From assembly GCA_001179505.1 (NCBI GenBank), contig CDMY01000869.1, forward strand, positions 124,001 to 188,000: DNA of 64,000 nt, written 5' to 3'. How positions within the stretch are numbered: the stretch's first letter is position 1; every line of letters begins with the position of its first letter. Below the pieces are notes generated by a model, which saw nothing but the letters and a program-made list of their open reading frames with translations, made no database searches and had not been told where the DNA came from. Of the stretch, positions 34,032 to 50,000 are shown piece after piece. The position numbers and the translations under genes are program-made. This stretch comes from Vitrella brassicaformis CCMP3155. Taxonomy: Eukaryota > Protista > Chromerida.

Positions 34032-36505
34032 ATGCTCAGTCCACAGCGCCTGTTGAGGCTGGTGGTGCAGCCCAGATCTGCTGCTCTTATCGGCCAGGTG
34101 AAGAGATTCATCACCACTCAGCAGCCGAGAGATACCGACGACACCGAGCCATCGACAGAGGACAACAGCGCATCAGCAAGAGGCCGCAGGAGCGATCATG
34201 ACGCCCACACCGACCGCTCCTTCCCTTCATCGTCTTCAACATCATCATCCCATCACTTTCAGCCCGACACGCTCGAGAGGCTGGCTGATCTCCTCCGGAA
34301 GCAGGCCAGTGACGGAGGGCGAGGCATCCCTGAGGCCGACGAGGGCGAGGCAGCATCGGTATACGACCGGCGGGAGACCTCCCCGCAGGTGTTTGAGATA
34401 GACGACACGCTGCTGTCGACGGCCGGTCTCAAGGACAGCGTCCACGAGTCGGCCGGCGGCGGCATCCCCACTTTTGTCATCGACGCCGAGCGCGGCTTCC
34501 ACAAACCAGAGAGGGAGACCGCACCGCCACGGCAGCCGATCGACCCTACCAAGAGTGCAGAGGAGCTCATGAGGGAGGTGGAGGAATCCATCGGCGCCTT
34601 CGAACCGGTGGGTGCCGATGCGGGGGACACGTCGACGTCCACGGCGGGCGTCCACCTCGACACTCTGGCCGACGCCGAGGCGCTGCCCACTGAGCATTTC
34701 CGTGCAGCGGACGAGGAGCAGGAGCAGTCCCTGGCTGCTGCAGAGGATGACAAGACGACTGATGCGGCCGAGAGAGAGGAGGAGGCCGTGTCGTCTGGTG
34801 ACGAGGAGGACGACTATCTGACGCCGGCGCAGCGGTTCTACCGCGAGAACAAGGAGCGTCTGTTGGAGAGGGCGCAGCAGTACTACTCTGACAAGCACCA
34901 GCAGGTCATGGACGAGAACGAGTGGACCTTCTACCGCGACCCGGTGGTGCGGCCGCCCAAGGGACACCTGTGGGACTTCGGAGACATTGCCAAGGTCGTG
35001 CCCAGGTCAGTCAGTCAGTGGAGTGGACGGCTGCACGAGAACGGGACCATTCCTCCCTGCTGCCTTACTGCGTGTTGATGTGTGTGTGTGTGTATGTTTG
35101 TGTGTTTCGCCTCTGCTCAGAGAGGACATTCACTTTGAGAAGGGCCGCATGCCGACGGTGGAGCAGGTCATCAAGATACTCGAACAGGTACACGCACACA
35201 CCACACACAAATCTCTCACCCACACACATACACACACTGTCAAAGATCGTCAGTGTGTGTGTGTCCTTTGATGCATCCATCCGTCCATCCGTTGATTGAT
35301 GCCTCAGGAGCAGGTGCAGGACATCGTCGTCATCGATTTGGAGGAGTGCGGGCGGCGTGATCTCGGCCTCTACGCCATCGTGGCCACCGGACAGACACCC
35401 AGACACTGTCGGTAAGTCTGTCAGTCAGGCAGGTAGACACACAGACAGACAAGGGGGCGTATGATGTGATGCACACATAATACTTACACACACTGGCGGA
35501 TGGATCAATATATCAGTCGTGCGGCGCGTTTGGTGAGCAAGACGATCAAGGACTTGGATGTGCCTTACATCTCGGCTGTGAGCTACTCGTGGGGGTCCGA
35601 CACCGACGAGTGGAACGTCGCCCACTGCGGGCCACTCAAGGTGCACATCCTCTCCAAGGAATGGAGACAGAGCTACAAGTAAGGAAGGAAACAAAGGGAC
35701 CCTCAGCAACTGACACAGATCAGATCGACAGACTAAATGAGATGCATAAATGTGTGTGTCCCATCCCATCCCATCCCTCTCTCTCTCTCTCTCTCTCTTT
35801 GTAACCCATCTACTGATGGATGGATGGATCCTCAGTCTCGAGAATCTGTGGCTGAGGCCTCACGAGCACTTCACAGCCGAGGACTTCCCCACCTACATGG
35901 AGGACATCCCCGGCACCCCCCCGCCATGGATACACTCACCCCCCCGCAACAACAAGGCCAACGCCCCCGTCACAGAGGTCTTCGAGCAGCGCTACATCGA
36001 GTTCACCAACCCAAACGACTACAGAGACCCTACCCTCCCCATACACCTCTCAATCGGACCCCCAACGCTCTCTGACGACCGTGGTCATGGTCATGACATT
36101 GATGCAGAGAGACAGCCGCTCCCCGAGTCCGGTGATGGTGATGGTGATGGAGATGAGCAAGAGATGCGGTCATCACGGCTGGTGCGGGATGCCCCCGAGG
36201 CAGAGATGGACCTCTATGGCGTCGCTGGGGGCGAGGACGAGGCCGCCTCGCCTGTCCGCTACATCCGAGCGGCCGGACGTGCCGACGCCGAGTCGAGCGA
36301 TTTCCGCCCCCTGGATGCGCCAGCACCAACAACACCGCCACAGCCGTGGTCGTCATATCGGGGGATTGGTATGGCCCCGTCTCCCGCGAGGATGAGGAAC
36401 CGCGTGGCGCCACCGCAGGGCGGCCCGGAGATACCTGAGGAGATCAAGGGGCTGGTGGAAGGGATGGACGACTACGGCCGGGTCAGCAAGAAGGGAGACG
36501 AGTAG
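34032..36505 (+). CDS. MALSU1: Mitochondrial ribosome silencing factor (RsfS/Iojap/MALSU1 family) with long N- and C-terminal extensions
   Basis: Presequence-like MLSPQRLLRLVVQPRSAALIGQVKRF. Domain VEQVIKILEQ|EQVQDIVVIDLE...YAIVATGQTPRH...DEWNVAHCGPLKVHILSKEWRQSY|NLENLW fits the RsfS 'W...D.G...VH.....R..Y.LE.LW' pattern. Confidence 0.85.
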
Positions 36506-37530
36506 GGTCTCTCTCTCCGTTGGTGTGAATGGATGGATGATGGATGGATGGGTGGGGTGTTTTCTGTGCTCATGTGTACGGTAGGTACGCATGAGAGCTG
36601 GGAGAGGGACCTTTGTTGTTTCGTTCGTGTTTTCATTGCTGTGTGAAAGGACTCTCCGATTCGTTCGGTTAATCCATATATGTGTAAACCATGTGTGAGA
36701 ATCCTCACGCAGTGCACGAAAGCTGGCAACGTCACGCAGCTGGCCTTACACAGCCTCCCTACCCCCCAACACGCAAGCACACACACACACACATGTCGGC
36801 AAACCGCACACGATCATCCAAAAGGCACGGATAGTTCTGTGTGGTCGTTGCCCTCCCTGCAGCTCGGCACGGAGACGACTGATACGAATGACGGTGTCAT
36901 TCGCCCGCATGCCCTTCTGCACGACCACGATCACACAAACCCATCGCCAGCTCAACATACCGAGACCAAAGAGTCGACGTAGCAGCGCGTGGCACGTCTC
37001 GCGTGTCGTGTGTCCAATCGTTCCCTTTCCTCATCTGTCTGTCGGTCTGTATCGGTGGAATGCATTCGGCCCCCCCCATGTACTGCTGTTCCAAGCAGAG
37101 GGATCACCCCACCAGGAACAACAGAACATGACCGCGCTGAAGGCATTCCACCGACACAAACGAATCAAGAGGAGTCGAACAAAACCGACAGGCAGGCAGG
37201 CAGGCAGGCATGGTGCATTCATTCATTCACACGAAGCAAAACCCACCCATTCGGTGATCGATAGATCTGCCGTAGAAAAGGCAGTCAGCCACCCTACCAC
37301 ACACACGACACGACACCACACGCACACAAGACAGACAAGACCACAGAGAGCGACTAACACGACACGCACCATGGGGAGAGGCATAGCATACACGCACACA
37401 CGAATGGATGGCCAATGAGAAAACTGCCTGCGGTGGAGAGCGATGTATGTGGCTGGTCGTCCGCCGCTCCAGACGTCTCATCTTGATGCACACACGCGCG
37501 GCCGGCTGGCTGGCTGCATGGCTGGGTGGC

Positions 37531-38907
<1,377 letters not shown>

Positions 38908-41900
38908 ATGGACGACTCTGCGTTGCGTGACGAGGCGGGTGGCGATGAGGGCGTGTCAGCTCTGCTGCCGACGTACGGCGGCGTCAGCCAGGCCAACGCC
39001 CCTCCGATGTCGCTGGCGCCCCGCCATGTGTTTGGGCTCAAGAGCGACGTCAAGAACCTCCTGCACTTCGCCGAGGAGACGCAGCTCATCTACCCCGCCG
39101 GCCACAACACCGTCCTCTACTCCATCGACCACCGCACACAAAAGGTAGGTGGGCAGAGAGAGAGGGTGTGTGGTGCAGATGGATGGAAAGACGATGGATG
39201 AGTGGCGTGGCGTTTGTTGTGGCTGGGTGGGTGCAGTTCTTTTCTGGCGCTGATGAGACGCTGGGCATCACTGCAATCACCATCAGCCCAAGCAAGAGGT
39301 AGGCACTCATGCAGCAAACACAGACCCCACTGCTGCGCTGCGCTGCACAGAATGACTTTCGCACTCATTTGTATGCTGCAGGTACGTGGCAGTGGCCGAG
39401 CGGACGGAGACGGCCATCATCAGCATCTACGACCTTGTCACCGCCAAGAAACGGTGACTGACTGACCACCGCTTCTTGGCCCCGTCAACAGGCGATCAAT
39501 GTTGGTATGGTTGTTGTGCGTGGGTGCGGCCAATGTCTGTAGGCGTTCTCTGTCGTATGCCGAGTGTGCGAGCCACGAGTACGTGAGTCTCTGTTTCTCG
39601 AGCGAGAATAAGTTTCTGCTCTCACTGGGCGGCCCGCCAGACTGGTCGCTCGTCTACTGGTCGTGGGACAAGGCCAAAGTCATCGCCAGCGTCAAAGTCA
39701 GCCAGCCAATACAAGCACACACTGATTGATGCACACCTACGAAACCACAAATGGTGGTTGTTTGTTGTGTATCTATCTGTGCCTGCAGGCGTCCAATGCC
39801 CATGGGGCGCCTCTGTATGAGTGCTCTGTGAACCCCACTGACTCTACCTTGGCAGTGGTGATTGGCGAGGGCGTCTTCCGGTCGTTCCGGCTGCAAGACG
39901 GGACCCTCAAGCCGCTGCCGCACCCACTCAGCAAGAAAGAGCCACAGGTAACTAAGGCGGGCTGCACATCTGAGTGAGTGAGTGAGTGAGTGGATTTGGT
40001 CACTGACTAACGTCGTGTCTCGGTCGGTCTGTGTGTACGTGTGTCTGTCTGTCTGTCTGTTTGTTTGTCTGTCTGTCTGTCTGTCTGTCTGACTGTCTGT
40101 CAGCCGTACACGTGTCACACGTGGCTGAGCGACGACCGTCTGGTGGTGGGCACGGAGAATGGAGAGCTCCTCCTATTCGACAACGGTCCGTCTGCCCTGC
40201 CCTGCCATCCACACACCACATTACACCCCAGTCGGTGCAGTGGATGGTTGTGTGGATGTGGAATTGTGCTGTGCAGGTGGTGAGTTCAAGATGGTGCTCC
40301 CTTGCTCTCCCTCGGAGATCAGGTCGGCGCTGTGCATGGCCTCCTACTCCAAGGGATTCATCACCGGCGGAGAGGAAGGCGCCATCAAAATATTCGAGAA
40401 AAGCGACGACCCCAAAGAAGTAATTAACTAACTAATGTACCTACACACACTTCACCAAGACACACAGACAGACAGACAGACGGACACGTGGTTCCTCTCC
40501 ATCTTGTGTTGTGTTGTGTGTATGCCGTGTGCGTGTGCAGGTGTTCCGGAAGACGGTCGATGTGAAGGTGGAAAATGCTGCTGGGTCGCGGGTGATGGGA
40601 TTCGCCGTCTCGCCCTCAGAGGAAATCCTCGCCGTATGATCTACTCGACAAGAGACACAAGCCGCCCACACGAGCAACCAACCGTTCGATTGGTGTGTTT
40701 GCACTGTGCTGTGTGTGCAGGTTGGCCTGTCGAACAGCCAGCTGTATCAGTTCTCCCTGGCTGCGTCCGACCTGCTCAAATCTGAGGAGGCACCCAACCT
40801 CGACTTCCTTCTCACATCATTCCACACTGTGAGTGAGCCAGTGAGTCAGCTACTCCCGCATTGCAATGCATTGCGTGTATCTGTCTGTATCGTGTGTATG
40901 TTATGTATGATGTAGGGTGCGGTATTGGGTATGGACACGTGCATCCGCAAGCCCCTGATGGCCACGTGCGGTGCCGACAAGACTGTCCGCGTGTGGAATT
41001 ACCTTGAGAAGACCTGCGAGCTGTGCAAGTCGTTCAACGAGGAGGCCTACAGCGTGGCCTTCCACCCCTCGGGCTTCCACCTGCTCGTGGGATTCAGCGA
41101 CAAACTCAGGCTCATGAACCTGCTCATGGAGGACCTCAGGCCATTCAAAGAGATCCCCATCAAGGCCTGCAGAGAATGCAGGTAGGGAGTCGTCGAGCTC
41201 ACTCCGCAAAGGAAGGCATCCGTCAATGCATCGTCTGGCTTTGCTTTGCTTTGTGTGTGTAGGTTTTCCAACGGGGGTCAGTATTTCGCTGCAGCCAACT
41301 CCAACACGATCCAGGTGTACAAGACGTACACGTGCGACATCGTGGCCAACCTGCGAGGGCACAACTCCAAGGTCCGCTCCATCTGCTGGACCGCCGACGA
41401 CATGTCAATTGTCTCCGCCGGCATGGACGGTGCCGTGTACGAGTACAACATCGCCCAGGAGGGGAGGCGGGTCTCCGACTGGGTCCAAAAGGTCAGTCAG
41501 TGACTGAGACACTAAACTGATCAGATGTCTCGGCATCTCTGCCTCCCTCTTGATCTTTTGCTGCCTGAATGTGGTCAATCCAATCCCATCAATCAGGGCA
41601 CGAGCTTTTCGTGTGTGATAGTGTACACGGATCCGTCTGCCGTCGGAACGCCTGGGACGACGACGAGCGCCAACACGATGTATGTGGTCGGGTCAGACAA
41701 GATGCTCAAGGAAATATACAACTCACAACTAGGTCGGCCCGTCCGTCCACGACGCGCAAACACCCAAAAGAGCGGCAAGAGGGAGAGTGTATGTCTGTGT
41801 CTGTGTGTAGGTCATTACTTGGAGGCTGGCAACCAGCTGGGTCAGATAGTGCTGTCCAACTCGGCCAAGACACTCTTCGCTGCCGTGGCCGAGAACGAAC

Positions 41901-44900
41901 ACCCGGGGCCCATCCGGTCGGTCATTGCGTGACGCTGCAGCCACCAATCACACCCTCCCTGCAACGTGTCTGGCTGCTCGCTTACTAACATGTCTCTGGT
42001 GCTCATGCAGTGCGTATCGTTTCCCATTGCATGGTGAGTACGTCGAGTACCAGTGCCACGCGGGCCCCTGTGCCAGGCTGCGCATCACCTTCGACGACAT
42101 GTACCTGCTCTCTTGCTCGGAGGTATGCCATGCCACGCCCCTCCACAACCACACGCATGACCACCCCTCTCTGTCTGTCTGTCTGTCTGTCTGTTGTCAG
42201 GATGGGACGTTGTACGTGTTCGACATCCGCGAGAAGGACCGAGTGGTGTCCAAGCGTGACAAGGAGAGCGCTTTGCCGTATGCGGACGAGATCCTCGTGA
42301 CACGCTTCTTCTTGGACGAGAAGGAGGCGGCTTTGGTGGAGCTGGAGCGGCAGGTGGAGGAGCTGACCAACCAGATGGACTTCCAACTCAGAAACAGGGA
42401 CTCCTTCCACAAGGAGAAAATGGCTGAACTCGAAGACAAATACGAACACGAACTCGAGCAGGAACGGTAGAGTAGTCGTGACGGGCCGGGCCGCCTGCCA
42501 GACAGACACACGCACACAGTGTCATGGGATGGGTGTGATTGCCTGCAGGACTCGATACGAGTTGCTGCGCGAGGAGAAGAACGACATGGAGACTGAGTAT
42601 GAGGAGAACCTCAAGAGCATCGAGGAGGCCAACGCCAAGTCGACCCAGGAGCTGGAGGCCAGCTTCCAGACCAAGATGATGATCGAGGTGGCGCGCTACC
42701 AGAAGCTGGCCACAGAGCGGGAGAGGGAGGCAAAGGCCTGGGAGGAAAAACAGGGACAAATACGGGTGGGTGAGCGCACACAGCTGACTCATCTGACTGA
42801 GATGGAGAGACGTAGAATATATATCGCTGTGTGTGTGTGCATGTCACAGCAAGAGCACGAGGGTCTCATTACGCGCATGACGGAGGATTTCGAGGAGAAG
42901 AAGCGAGAGTACAACAACGAAATGAGGAACCTCATTGAGCAGAAGGAACTCGCCTTCAAGTCAGTAGCTGACTGACACCAACACACGACGACGAGACACC
43001 AGGTCTGCACACCTCTGCTCGTTTCCTGTATTATTAGGACTCATCAGGAGACATTGCGTCAGCTGGAGCAGGATGCCGACAGAGAGATAGAGGAGCTCAA
43101 GGAGCAGTATGAGGAAAAACTGGCAAACGAACGAGACGAAAAAGTGCGACTCAGAGGTCAGCCACGCAGCCAGCCTCCATGAGAGGCTGACATCGATGGA
43201 TGGATGGATGGATGGGTGTGTGTGCGTGCAGGTCAGGCGGGCATCCACCGTAAGCACCACGAGGATCTGAAGCGACAAATGGAGAAGAACAAAGAAGAGC
43301 TCAAACAAAAGGTCAGCCCACCACGGCACAGCACTGGTCCGCCTGCCTTCATGTATTTATTGTGTGTGTCTGTGTGCAGGAGGAGATCAACCAGAAGCTG
43401 CGGAGTGACATCGAGAAGCTCATGAAGGACCGAGACGGAATGGCCAAGGAGATCAAAGAAAGGGACAAAACTATCGGTTAGGCAGTCGACTCCCACTCCC
43501 CCCCAAGACACACATAGACCTCTTTCTCTCTCTGTCTGTGTGTGTGGGCATGGCATGTCTGCAGGTGACAAGGAGCAGCGCATCTACGACTTGAAGAAGC
43601 AGAATCAGGAGCTGGAGAAGTTCAAGTTCGTGTTGGACTACAAGATCAAGGAGCTCAAGGCGCAGATCGACCCCAAGAACGAGGACATCGCCGAAATGAA
43701 GAGACACATACAGGCCATGGACGCGGTCACCTCACCCGCCCGCACACACATGACATGAAGCCAACGACCAGAGAGAGCCACATCGACGTGTGTGTGTGTG
43801 TGTGTATAGGAGCTGGAAGATTACCACCGCAAGAACAAGCAGCTGGCGATGGACATCAGCCAGCTGCAGATGAAACAGAGAGCACTGCAGGAGGAGATTA
43901 CCTCCCAGAGGTGCGTGGCTCCGCGGCCAGCTGGGGGACATCCCATCCCATCAGCCAGCCACTCTCTGCCTCTTGTTGGTATGTATGCAGGAAGAAGTTG
44001 ACGGACTACCAGCACTTCTGCAAGCAGTTCCGCAACGACCTCTACGACTGCGCACAGCACATACAGGAGCCGAAACAGCTCAAGGACGCCATTGCATCGC
44101 TATACCGGTATCTACATCCAGTCCACACGGCCTGGCCAGCCAGACACAGGCCAGGCCGCATCTCACTCGCACCTTCATCACATCAATGAGCGTCTCTCTG
44201 TGTGTGTCTTTCTCTACCGACCAGCAAGTACGTGACTCAGGAGGTCAAGAAGGTGGAGCTCGACGCCGACATCCAGAAGGAATACAACAGACAGAGGTAG
44301 AAACCCTCCCTCTGTCGACGCGCACACCTACCTGGTGAAATGAGTGTGTGTGTAGGGATTATCTGGAGAAGTCGGTTGAGAGTTTGAAGCGCAAGCTGGC
44401 CAAGGACTCAGAGGTCCACAGACAGGACAACATGAAAGTCATGCAGGTGTGTATGCATCTTAGATATCCAACACACACAGCCTCTCCATCCAATCCAACA
44501 CACACACTTCTAAGCCAACCCCCCTCTGTCTCTTGTCTCTGTGTCTCTGTGTCTGCGCACGCACAGGAGAATGTGTCACTGATCCGTGAGATCAACGACC
44601 TGCGTCGCGAGATCAACTACCTCAAGCACGAGCGGCAGCAGGCCAGGCTCAACGCCACACAGCAGGCATTCCACGGCAAAACACGACAGAGAACTGGCGC
44701 CGCAGCACAACAAAAGGGCGCCACCGCACCCGCGGGCGTCCTCGGCGTCTCACACGAGCCTGACGCAGAGGCCACACGCATGCTTGAAGTGACTGACACA
44801 CACACACACACACACACAGAGAGAGAGAGACACAGAGACACAAACAGCCATGTGTGCATGTCCCTGCCCATCTGTAGGTCCAGCGAGAGGAGATCGACAC

Positions 44901-45527
44901 TCTCCGTCGGCGCGTCAACGAGCTGGAGCTGACGACCCCCCGAGCCCCGCCCACAGCGTCAGAGCGGCTGCCGTCCATCCACCACCCACCCTCACAGGCG
45001 GCCCCCTCCCCCTCACACACTGCCGCCGACCAGCCCACCCCACAGCCGCCCTCAGAGCCTGTGATGGCACCACCACCAGCCGAGGAGGAAGAGCAGGGCG
45101 GCCCCGATGCGGCGGATGTCATTGATCAGCCTGCTGCCTTCGGTGAGCCCCAGCTGCCCGAGGAAGAGATGGTGGCACCACCCGCAGAGGAGATAGCAGC
45201 AGAAGAGGAGACACTGGCCGATAAGGAGACAACACAGGTATGTAAGTAACATATATGGATGGATGGAGACAGACATGAGTGAATGAGTGGATGCAGGATC
45301 CTCAGCTGCAGGAGGTGGGTGAGGTGCCTGCCAGCAAGGAGGAGGGCGGAGCACCCGAATCCCACGAGGAAGGGCCGGAGGGTGCAGGTGAGCCAGTTGT
45401 CGATGTGGCTGGTGTGTCTCCTCCTTCTCATGTTGATGAGGCAGCAGCCGAGGAGGGAGCCGAGCGGCACCACCCCGATGCTGAGGAGGGAGAGGGAGAG
45501 GGAGAGGGAGAGGGGGCGCGGGAGTGA
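38908..45527 (+). CDS. CFAP57: Cilia- and flagella-associated protein 57 (WDR65): WD40 propellers plus long coiled coil
   Basis: [12 protein letters not shown]...[82 protein letters not shown] and [15 protein letters not shown], spread over more than 25 exons. Confidence 0.95.
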
Positions 45528-47059
45528 ACACAATGCATCTGTGTGTGTGTACATACCTGTACGTACGCCTATTGCGTGTTTTTGGTGTTAACGGGTGCTG
45601 TTGGTTGGTTGGGATGCCTGAATTGATGGATGCAAGATCACAGACAGACATTTGGTGCTGCTGCTGCTGGCACGTCGGCTTGATTGCCCTGAGGCAGGTG
45701 ACGTTTGACACTATCTATAACAATGGTTAAACTGAGGCAGGCCGGCAGTAGTAGTTTACATGGCGGAAACACACGTATCACACACACATCACATCACACG
45801 ACACGACACGACAAGAGCACGAGGACACACAGCACCGACCGCCAAGTTGACCACACACACCTGCAGCTGCACCACACCACACCCATTCATTCATGCATTC
45901 ACACAAACGACTCATCCGAGTACTCACTCGGGCATCTCATCTGTCGGTACCGTAAGCACACACATCGACCAAAACACACACACACGCACACACACACACA
46001 TGCTCATTCATTCAAGACACAAAGATGGAGAGAAGAGAGAGAGAGGCAAGGGGGGCAAAAAGGCATACGTACAGCACGTGCATGCAACGCATTCAGGAGA
46101 AGAAGGTCTTGTGTGCGCGTGACATGCGTCGAAGGAGGGAGCCAAAACGGTGTCATCATGCTTGCTTAAATAGGCCATCCATCCATCCATCCGTCCGTCC
46201 ATCCATCCATCCATCCAATGAGCTGAGGTACTGTAGGTAAGGCAAGGTCAGGGCAGACACACAGCAGACACACAGAGAGAGACAGACTGGACAGACAACC
46301 AAAGGCGAAAACAGCACGATGGATGTGATGTGCATTCATTCATTCATTGGCATGTACGCGTACGTCCCCGCCTCCCTATCTCTGTCTCCCTCCCTCCCTC
46401 CCTCGCCCTCCCTCTCCCTGCCTGCCTGCCTGCGACCCAGCACGAGAATACGTATTCACACAGACTGACTGACATAGACTGACAGAGAGATGGATGGATG
46501 GGTTCGTATCGTATCGTGGCATGGCATGGCTGTCTGTCACCATTCACTCACTCACTGCCTGCAGTGCCCACTATTTGTTCCCCACCCCTGCATCCATCCA
46601 ATCCACCCCGCCGCAGCCCACCGCAGCCAGGTAGGTAGGTAGACAAGTCAGGGAAAAGGAAAAAATAGGCAGATAGGTCCGGTCCATCCATCCATCCATC
46701 CATCCATCGATATACATACACACACCAGCACCAGCCCACAGGGAGGGAAAAAATGGATCATAGCCGACAGAACAGGATGAACCAACCACCAGACAAACAA
46801 ACAAACAAACAGACACACACACAGATGCCACGCCCTCCCGCCCAGACAGGCCAAGCTCTCACCCCACCCTGCCGCCAGATAGTGAGATGCATCCATCCGT
46901 CAAGCAATGTCACACAACAACAAATACGTCCTCCCCGCAACACATAGATGGATGGATGGAATCAGACAGACAGACAGACAGACGAGGCAGCCAACAAACG
47001 ACCCAACCCATACACCCCAGACATGTACGCTTGCAGCACCACGTGTCTGTCTATCTGTC
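45528..47059. repeat. Microsatellite-rich region between convergent 3' ends
   Basis: (CA)n, (CCAT)n, (GACA)n and (AAAC)n tracts; no credible ORF. Confidence 0.7.
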
Positions 47060-50000
47060 TCACTCATGCGCCTCCCCTCCCCCCTCCCCCCCGCCCCCGC
47101 CCCCAGCACTGCCACTGCCATTGCCCGGTTCGTGTGTCTGCCCCCCGTCTCCGCCAGACGCCCGTGCCGATGTTCCCGCTTTCTGATACACGAGCTGAGG
47201 TGGCCGGCCACGGTACCCGCCGCGGCCGCGGGGCCTGAAGCCCCGACCTCTCTCGACGTAGTGGTGGTGATGGCCAGACGGACCCCGGAAGCGATCATTG
47301 CCTCGACCGCGGGGGAAACGGCCACCGCGACCACCGCCGCCCCGGCCCCCTCCCTGATGCGTCGTGTCGGCGCCCGTCGTGTCGGTCTCCCCCACCTCTG
47401 CCTCTGCACCACCCTCATTGTCTGCTTCTGCTCCACCTTCAGCTGGTGCCGGCTGGCCGTTGGGGGTCTCTTCCTTCTGTTGTGCGTCGTTGGTAGCCGC
47501 GGAGGCGCCTCGCAACAACTGCAGGAGGTTGTCGCCGAGTTGTCTGTTGTCCAGTGGGGGCTGGGGCGCCTCATCACGAGAACGGTCGACAGCTGAAGGG
47601 GCGGGAGCAGCAGACGCCGACGGGCGAGACTCTTGTGGCTGTGGTTCGGGCGCCTCGTCGGCCTTGGGTTGCTGTGCTGCTGCAGCCTGGTCCTTGGCCC
47701 CCTCAGTGGTCGGAGCAGCCTGTTTCTTAGGCGCCCACTTCTGCGGCGAGGCGTGGTGTGGGGGTGCCTTGTGTGATGCAGAGGGATGAGCGGGCCGCTC
47801 GGGGGGCGCATGCTGGTGCTGCTGAGGCGGACGGGGAGCGGGCTGCGACGGCACCGACTGTCGCTTTTGGTCGCTCTTGTCCGGCTCGGCCTTTGGCTGG
47901 GGTGGCTCCTTCTTCTTCCACTGTGTCGCGCCATGCGGCACATGGTGAGGGGCTTCCCTGCCGCTCGCATGCGATGGCTCCTGGGGAGGCCGGGATGACG
48001 GGGACGCACCAACAGGGACAGCTGCAGCAGCCGGTGCAGGTGCACTGGGGCGGTCAGTCTTTGGCTTGGTGTCTTCATCCTTCTTGTCGCCGCCCTCCTG
48101 CTGTTTGTCGGCCTCGTGTGGCTCCCCCTGCTGCTGATCGGCGCCGCCCTCATCCTTCTTGCGTCCCTCCTGCCTGGCCCCCTTGTCCCTCTTGCGCCTC
48201 TCGCTACGCTTCTGCCCTTCACGCTTGGACGGCACATCCGATGGAGTGCTCGACGCTGCGACAGCCGCCGCCGCCGCCGCCGCAGCAGCAGCAGCGGCTT
48301 GGGGTTCTTCGGCTGGTAATTGTTTCATGCTGGCCTTCTCGTGTTCCTTGACCGCGTCGAAAAGCGCTTGCGGGTCGACCTTGATGAGAGGCCCCATGGT
48401 GCGAGGGGGAGTGGGACCCGCCGCAGCGGCGGCAGGTGGTGAGACTGGTGCCGCTGCAGCAGCAGCAGGGGGGTGGATCTGGCCCTGAGGGGGTGCTTGC
48501 TTGGAGAAGGGCAAGGGGCGTGTCGGTTGGGACTCTTGTTGATCCTGGTGCTGCTCCTCCTCGCCCCCCTCCTCCTCCTCGCCGTTGTCGCCACCATGCT
48601 GTTCGTCATGGCCGTTGTCCCGCCCGCCCCTCCTTCTGTCTCTCTTGGACTTCTTCGGCGGCTTCTTCCTCTTGGATGGGGGACCCGCTTTGCCACCTGC
48701 TGCTGCTGCTGCCGCTGCTGCTGGTCCTGCTGCCGACGACGATGCCTGGTCGGCCGCAGGAGCGGCAGGAGGGGCAGCTGAGGGCCCGTTGCTGGACGCC
48801 GCGGCCGCTTGTGCGTGCTGGGCTTGGCTGATGGACGAGCTGTCGTGGGTCAGGGCTGCAGAGAAGGCGCTCCAGTCCTCTTCGGTCTCCCTCCCTCGTC
48901 GGCCACCCCGACCCCTCCTCTCGACCATGCGGCCGCGACCACCACCCTGGGCCGCATCAGTTGACGGCACAGCAGATGGGGGAGGGGGAGGCGACACGGG
49001 CACCGGCGGGACAGGTCGATGTACTGGTGCAGGGGGGACGGCACCAGCGCGGTCGCCTGCTTGAGCGGCTTCCTGTCTGGCAGACGCTGGAGCTGCCAGT
49101 TGTCCCGGTGCCTTGGGGCGAGCGGTGGCCTCCCCGCCAGCCTGTCGCTTGGCCGGTCTTGACGGCCCTGCCTCCACCTCGGTCTCATCCCTCATGACGT
49201 CTGCGGGACCGAGATGCATCTCCTCTCCCCCCTCCCTGGCCCGCCCAGCAGCGCCAGCCCTCCCACTGGCAGCGGTGGCTCCGGCCGCCCCCTGCCGGGT
49301 TTGGTTCCTGAGGTCCTTGATGGAGTTGTTGAAGAGCTTCGAGCCAGGACTGGGTGTCGACTGGGGGGTGGTGGCGGCCATCTGCTGATGTGAGGTGGGG
49401 GAGGCGTGTGATGCCTGTGCCTGTGCCTGTGTGGTGGGCTGGCGCTGCGGCGTCTCGGTGGCTTGTGAAGGGCGGGGGTGAGCGTCGCGGGCAGGAGGGG
49501 CGCCACGGTCAGCGGCATGGGGGGGCTGAGGCGCCTCTGCAGAGATGGCAAGCAGACAGACACACAGACAGACAGGCAAGGATGAGAGCAAGCCCTTGCG
49601 TGTTCTCTATCTGTTCCTGTCTGGTGTGTCTGTCAGTGTATGTATGTCTTACTTGCTTCCCAGTGTCGCTGTGGATGGTGCTCTCTCTGCTCTCTATATC
49701 CTCCTCTCCCCCCGGCTCCCCTCGGGTGGTCATGGAATCCCCTCCCCGCTGCACCGACGAACCCCTCTCCGTGTTCGTGCCACATGCCTCCTTCCCCATC
49801 CCTCTCGCCGCGACCATAGCCCCGTCCACCGCCCCTCCCACCACCACCACGCCCCGGAGGCCCGAACCGATCCTCACCCCGATAGCCGCCGAACCTCGGC
49901 GGGCGATCTGTCGCCCCGCCGTACCCACCAGGCCCCGGCCACTGGGGCGGCGCCTCGTCCCGCCTGGGCCCTTGTGCGCCTTCGTCGATGATGGCGTCGG

